Source: an uncultured Gemmatimonadaceae bacterium (GTDB taxonomy: Bacteria > Gemmatimonadota > Gemmatimonadetes > Gemmatimonadales > Gemmatimonadaceae). From it: DNA of 64,000 nt. The notes beneath the pieces are model-generated. The model saw nothing but the letters and a program-made list of their open reading frames with translations, had not been told where the DNA came from and searched no databases. The stretch is taken from the NCBI GenBank assembly GCA_963761305.1, contig CAVXGK010000001.1, positions 256,001-320,000 of the forward strand. The letters run 5' to 3'. The translations under genes were made by a program, and so were the position numbers. This document shows positions 60,002 through 64,000 of this stretch, in pieces (positions within the stretch are counted from its first letter, which is position 1; each line of letters opens with the position of its first letter).

Positions 60002-60457
60002 TTAGTCGAGAGAGACCGCTCCTCCCGCGCCGCCTGCGCGGGCCGCGGACAGCACGGCCAGCATGGCGTCGAGCGAGAGCGGCTTGACGATGTGACGGTC
60101 GAAGCCGGCGGCACGCGCGCGCGCCACGACGTCGTCCGAGTCCCATCCGGTGAGGGCAATCAGGAACGCGCTCTTGGTCGCGGGCATGGCCCGCAGTTCT
60201 TGCGCGACGGCGTAGCCGTCGAGCACGGGGAGAGACAAATCGATGAGCGCCACGTCGGGATGAAACGCGGCCGCCGACGACACCGCTTCGGCGCCGCTCA
60301 ACGCCGCCTGCACGTGATGGCCTTGCGAGCGCAGCAGGCGGCCGACGCTAATTACGGATTCCACATGGTCGTCCGCCAGCAGGATGCGGAGGCCGCCGGC
60401 CTGGGTCTGCGCCATCACGTGGAGGCCGTGTTCGGGGGATCGGGCGTCGTCGGTCAC
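60002..60457 (-). CDS. Single-domain response regulator (receiver)
   Basis: 'ILLADDH', 'ALIDLSLP.LDG', 'ALTGW', 'KP'. Confidence 0.88.
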   Translation of the reverse strand: MTDDARSPEHGLHVMAQTQAGGLRILLADDHVESVISVGRLLRSQGHHVQAALSGAEAVSSAAAFHPDVALIDLSLPVLDGYAVAQELRAMPATKSAFLIALTGWDSDDVVARARAAGFDRHIVKPLSLDAMLAVLSAARAGGAGGAVSLD

Positions 60458-61485
60458 GCGACATCTCCTTCGTCAGCACGCAGGACGTCGTCGACTCCCT
60501 GAACGCGAGCCGATCGCCGCGAAGCACCCGCGGCGGGCGCGCTGCCGACGCCGGCGAGTAAGAGGCGCGTCGTCGGCGCCTCGTCGCCCCAGAGCGGCCC
60601 GCGGTCCAACCGCCAGCGCCGTCCGAGGAAATGAAAGAAGTAGCGATGCTGCGGCTCGTCCTTCAGAAACACGGTGCCGTGTCCGCTGAGAATTCTCGAC
60701 GCCAAGCGGTGCGCCCATCCTCGGAACTCCCGGGCGTCGATGGGTCCCTCGGCCACGAGACACCACGCGCAATGGCTTTCACAGGTCTTCGATTTGACGA
60801 TGCGCGAGGGCAACGGGAGGTAGTCGGCGCGCCACTCGGCGAGCACGGCGCGCGCGTCGAGCGCCGAGGGCCCGGACGGCAGCCCGAGGAGCAACGGCGG
60901 CGCGATTCGCCCGTGGTCCGCCCAGACGACGTACGTCGTGGGCGCCAGGCGCTCCAGCGTTCGCTGCAGCTCCGCCGCCTGCTCCGGGCTGACGAGATCG
61001 ACCTTGTTGAGGACGACGACGTTCGCGATCGTCGCTTGCTCCTGCAGGTGCGACTCGGCCGAGCCGTCGGAGTCGTGCGGCAACGCCTTCGCGGCGTCGA
61101 CGACGAGCACGGAGCCGTTGAACGTGTACCCCGGCATGTAGCCGTAGCCCGTCATGCGGCGGAGGTCGGCGAGCCCCGGACGATCGAGCACCACGTGATC
61201 CGGGCGATCGCGCGCCGCGGACAGCGCGGAGAGCGCCGCCGTGCCGTCGTCATCCGACCGTACGTATGCGCATCCGTTGTTGAGCACGATCTGCGGTCCA
61301 TCGAGCTGCGCGATGAGCGACGTGTCGATCTCGACGTCGTCGCTCACGATCGCGGCCGCGCGACGGCCCGCAGCGTGCTCGAGGAGATGACGGACAAGCC
61401 GAGTCTTCCCGGTGCCCGGGGCCCCGCCGATGACCGTCAATGGAATGTTCTCGCGGTAACCGAAAGACGAACGCCCGCTCTGCAC
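60454..61485 (-). CDS. CobW/COG0523-family GTPase-like protein (degenerate)
   Basis: 'IPLTVIGGAPGTGKT', 'LNNGC', 'VVDA', 'LNKVD', CobW C-terminal; GAGG plus GTG at 61485 taken as start. Confidence 0.75.
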   Translation of the reverse strand: MQSGRSSFGYRENIPLTVIGGAPGTGKTRLVRHLLEHAAGRRAAAIVSDDVEIDTSLIAQLDGPQIVLNNGCAYVRSDDDGTAALSALSAARDRPDHVVLDRPGLADLRRMTGYGYMPGYTFNGSVLVVDAAKALPHDSDGSAESHLQEQATIANVVVLNKVDLVSPEQAAELQRTLERLAPTTYVVWADHGRIAPPLLLGLPSGPSALDARAVLAEWRADYLPLPSRIVKSKTCESHCAWCLVAEGPIDAREFRGWAHRLASRILSGHGTVFLKDEPQHRYFFHFLGRRWRLDRGPLWGDEAPTTRLLLAGVGSAPAAGASRRSARVQGVDDVLRADEGDVA

Positions 61486-61605
61486 CAGCGCCTCGGCGAA
61501 ATCGGTGACTTCGAGTGCGGCACATGTTGTTCCGCCGCCGATGCCGTCTCTATTGGCCAAAGAGCCAATGCCTGTGTGATCGCGGATACAAGAAACTCGT
61601 TCGTC

Positions 61606-62313
61606 ATGACGCTCGAAGAGAATCTCCCGAGCAACACGCAAGGCGCCGGGCACGAGCGCGCGAGCCGGTTCGTCCTCTCAGGCGACCTGGTCGCGGCCGT
61701 GACACACGACCTTCGCCAACCGCTCACCGCGATCGAGATGAATGTCTCGGCGGCGATGCAACTCCTTCGCCGCCCCGACGCGGCGATCAACGACGTGCTC
61801 GACGCCCTCGGCGGCGCCCTCGATCAAGAACATCGAATGCGCGACGCCGTCCAGGTGTTGCAGGATCTCGCGACCCGGCGTGAGCCGCGACGCGAAGCCT
61901 GCGATCTCGTCGCCGCCGTGCGCGAGACGTTGGCGCTCGTATTGAGCGACGCCCTCGTGCGACACGTGGCGGTGGAGCTGGACATCGAGCCCGACTTGCC
62001 CGCGGTCGCCGGCGACGGATTGTTCATCCGCCAGGCGTTGCTCAACGTCCTCGTCGGCGCGCTCGAGACGATGCCCGCCGTCGGCACCGCTCATGGCGGC
62101 GGGACGATCCTCATCGGCGTGCGCCGCGTCGGCAACGCCGCCGAAGTGGTGATGAAGTCGCCGGCGTTGCCCGCCGCGAGCGACGACGTCGCCGATTGGG
62201 AACTCTCGCTGGCGCGGTCCGTCGTGGCGATTCACGGCGGCGCGCTCTCCGTGCAACCTCTGGCCGACGGCGGCGCAGTCGTCATCACGACGTGGCCGCT
62301 CCATGCAACGTGA
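61606..62313 (+). CDS. HisKA/HATPase-like protein with degenerate ATPase boxes
   Basis: H-box 'THDLRQPLTAI', N-box remnant 'QALLNVL'; G-boxes missing. Confidence 0.75.
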   Translation: MTLEENLPSNTQGAGHERASRFVLSGDLVAAVTHDLRQPLTAIEMNVSAAMQLLRRPDAAINDVLDALGGALDQEHRMRDAVQVLQDLATRREPRREACDLVAAVRETLALVLSDALVRHVAVELDIEPDLPAVAGDGLFIRQALLNVLVGALETMPAVGTAHGGGTILIGVRRVGNAAEVVMKSPALPAASDDVADWELSLARSVVAIHGGALSVQPLADGGAVVITTWPLHAT

Positions 62314-63088
62314 CCCGATGCTCGTCGCCGTCATCGACGACGACGAGGCGACCTGTCAGGCGGTGGCGCGACTCCTCGTCGCGACCGGACATCGCGTGCG
62401 GACGTTTACCAACGCGCGCGAATACCTCGAGGATCTCGACGCCGCCGCGCCGGCCTGCATCCTCGTCGATATCCGCATGCCCGACGTGGACGGACTCACG
62501 CTCGTCCGCTCGCTGCGCGACGGCGGCATCGAAGCGCCGACCATCTTCATGACGGCGAGCGGGCATGTCCCGACGGCCGTCGAAGCGATGAAGGAAGGCG
62601 CGATCGATCTGCTCGCGAAACCGTTCTCGGCCGAGGAGCTCGCCGGCGCCATGACGCGCGCGGCCGCGTCGTCGGAGCGCGTGCTCGAGGACCGGCGTGC
62701 GCTGGCCTCGCGCTGGCGGCTGCTCGAGCGCGTGACGCCGCGCGAAGCCGAAGTGTGCGCGTTCGTCTCCGGCGGCCTGCCGAACAAGTCGGTGGCGGTG
62801 CGCATCGGGACGACTGAGAAGACTGTGAAGGTGCATCGCAGCCGCGTGATGCAGAAGCTGCACGCCACGTCGCTCGCGGCGCTGGTGCGATTCGTCGACG
62901 CGCTGCTCGCCGATCGCGATCGCCATATTCTGCGGCTCGACGGGCTGGAGATCGCTCGCCCTCGCGCCGCCGACATCATCATCGCCGTCACGACCCGCGA
63001 GCGAGCCAGCGCCGCAGCGGCGAACGTCCCGTTGGTCCTAGAAGCACCGGACGAGCCCGTAGACCATCGGACAATGCCTCGCGTGTAG
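62303..63088 (+). CDS. FixJ/LuxR-family response regulator
   Basis: 'VIDDD', 'LVDIRMPDVDG', 'AVEAMKEGA', 'TPREAEV', 'EKTVKVHRSRVMQKL'. Confidence 0.92.
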   Translation: MQRDPMLVAVIDDDEATCQAVARLLVATGHRVRTFTNAREYLEDLDAAAPACILVDIRMPDVDGLTLVRSLRDGGIEAPTIFMTASGHVPTAVEAMKEGAIDLLAKPFSAEELAGAMTRAAASSERVLEDRRALASRWRLLERVTPREAEVCAFVSGGLPNKSVAVRIGTTEKTVKVHRSRVMQKLHATSLAALVRFVDALLADRDRHILRLDGLEIARPRAADIIIAVTTRERASAAAANVPLVLEAPDEPVDHRTMPRV

Positions 63089-63131
63089 TAAGAAGTCGTA
63101 GGATGGCAGAGGACCCACTCGGAAGGGACGG

Positions 63132-64000
63132 ATGCAGCTCGATACGCACGCCTCATGGCCGCTTCCCGCCGCGGAGCTACGTCCCGCGCTCGAGCTGGCG
63201 TTGGCGCTCGCGCACGCGGACATGACCGTACTCCTGCTCCACGACGAATCGGTCGGAGCGCTGGTTCCCGCCGCCGCCTTCGGCCTCGACGATGAACACG
63301 CCGCGTTGATCGGCGCGCACCGGTTCGGCGCCGACGACTTCAGCGCCGCGCTCTCAGAGCATCGCCGCATCGTCGTGCGCGACGCATGGCAGAACGACGG
63401 CTCATTCGCCCCCCTCGCGCACGCCCTCGGCTTCCGCGCGATCGAGATCGTCCCGCTCTTCGGCGGCGACGGCCAGATGATCGGCGAGCTCGTGATGATG
63501 TTCCGCCGCGCGCGGAGCACGAGCAAGCGCATGGTGAAATTGGTCGAGCACTGCGCCAGCCTGGTCGTCGTCGCGGTGAGTCAAGCGCGCCGCCGAGCCG
63601 AGGCCGAACGCGCGCGCGAGACCACCGAACAGGCCGGGCGCGCCAAGATCCAGTTCTTCGCCCGCATGAGCCACGAGCTGCGCACGCCGCTGCAGTCCAT
63701 CGCCGGCTACATCGACCTGCTGCGCGTCGGCGTGGCCGATCCGCCGACGCCCGAACAGGCGCGACTGCTCGCCCGCGTCCACGACAGCGAAGAAGTCCTG
63801 GTGCACGTCATCGACGACTTGATCACGTTCTCGCGGCTCGAGGCGGGACACGTGTCGTACCAGATCGCTCCCGTGCCGGCCGGCGAGGCGATTCGCATCG
63901 CCCACTCCGTCGTCGCCCCGCTCGCCGCCAGCCACGGCGTCACACTGGAGATGACCAGCAGTCCGGGCCTCTTCGTCGCCGCCGACGGCGACAAGCTGAA
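63132..64000 (+). CDS. GAF-domain sensor histidine kinase (partial, runs off window)
   Basis: Open frame from ATG 63132; GAF-like region then H-box 'FARMSHELRTPLQSIAGY'. Confidence 0.88.
   Translation, partial: MQLDTHASWPLPAAELRPALELALALAHADMTVLLLHDESVGALVPAAAFGLDDEHAALIGAHRFGADDFSAALSEHRRIVVRDAWQNDGSFAPLAHALGFRAIEIVPLFGGDGQMIGELVMMFRRARSTSKRMVKLVEHCASLVVVAVSQARRRAEAERARETTEQAGRAKIQFFARMSHELRTPLQSIAGYIDLLRVGVADPPTPEQARLLARVHDSEEVLVHVIDDLITFSRLEAGHVSYQIAPVPAGEAIRIAHSVVAPLAASHGVTLEMTSSPGLFVAADGDKL

Overview
High-GC (visually about 65-70%) bacterial chromosomal window. Its gene repertoire (BTAD/SARP-TPR regulator, BNR/VPS10 hydrolase, M14 peptidase and ADOP-type ABC permease, with Gly-rich inserts) suggests Gemmatimonadota; this is inference. 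It holds about 55 CDS and one tRNA-Asn(GTT): housekeeping and secreted-enzyme genes (hrpB, msrA, L,D-transpeptidase, sigma-70), a MoxR/DUF58/DUF4350/DUF4129 operon, and an arylsulfatase/DUF1254/FGE accessory cluster followed by two-component genes. The standout is at 20549-20878. A sigma70 promoter starts on a leaderless 21-codon peptide with 5 Asn codons. Mutually exclusive antiterminator and terminator hairpins follow, then the tRNA-Asn gene. This is the full architecture of a ribosome-mediated attenuator that appears to control a tRNA gene through its own codon. Downstream is a ~4 kb integrase-less islet carrying relics of the tRNA locus, duplicated Cys-containing lipoproteins and an HTTM-like gene pair. 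Several dispersed short-repeat families occur, one as an 8-bp tandem array inside hrpB. All family assignments come from motif recognition by eye; no database search was run.
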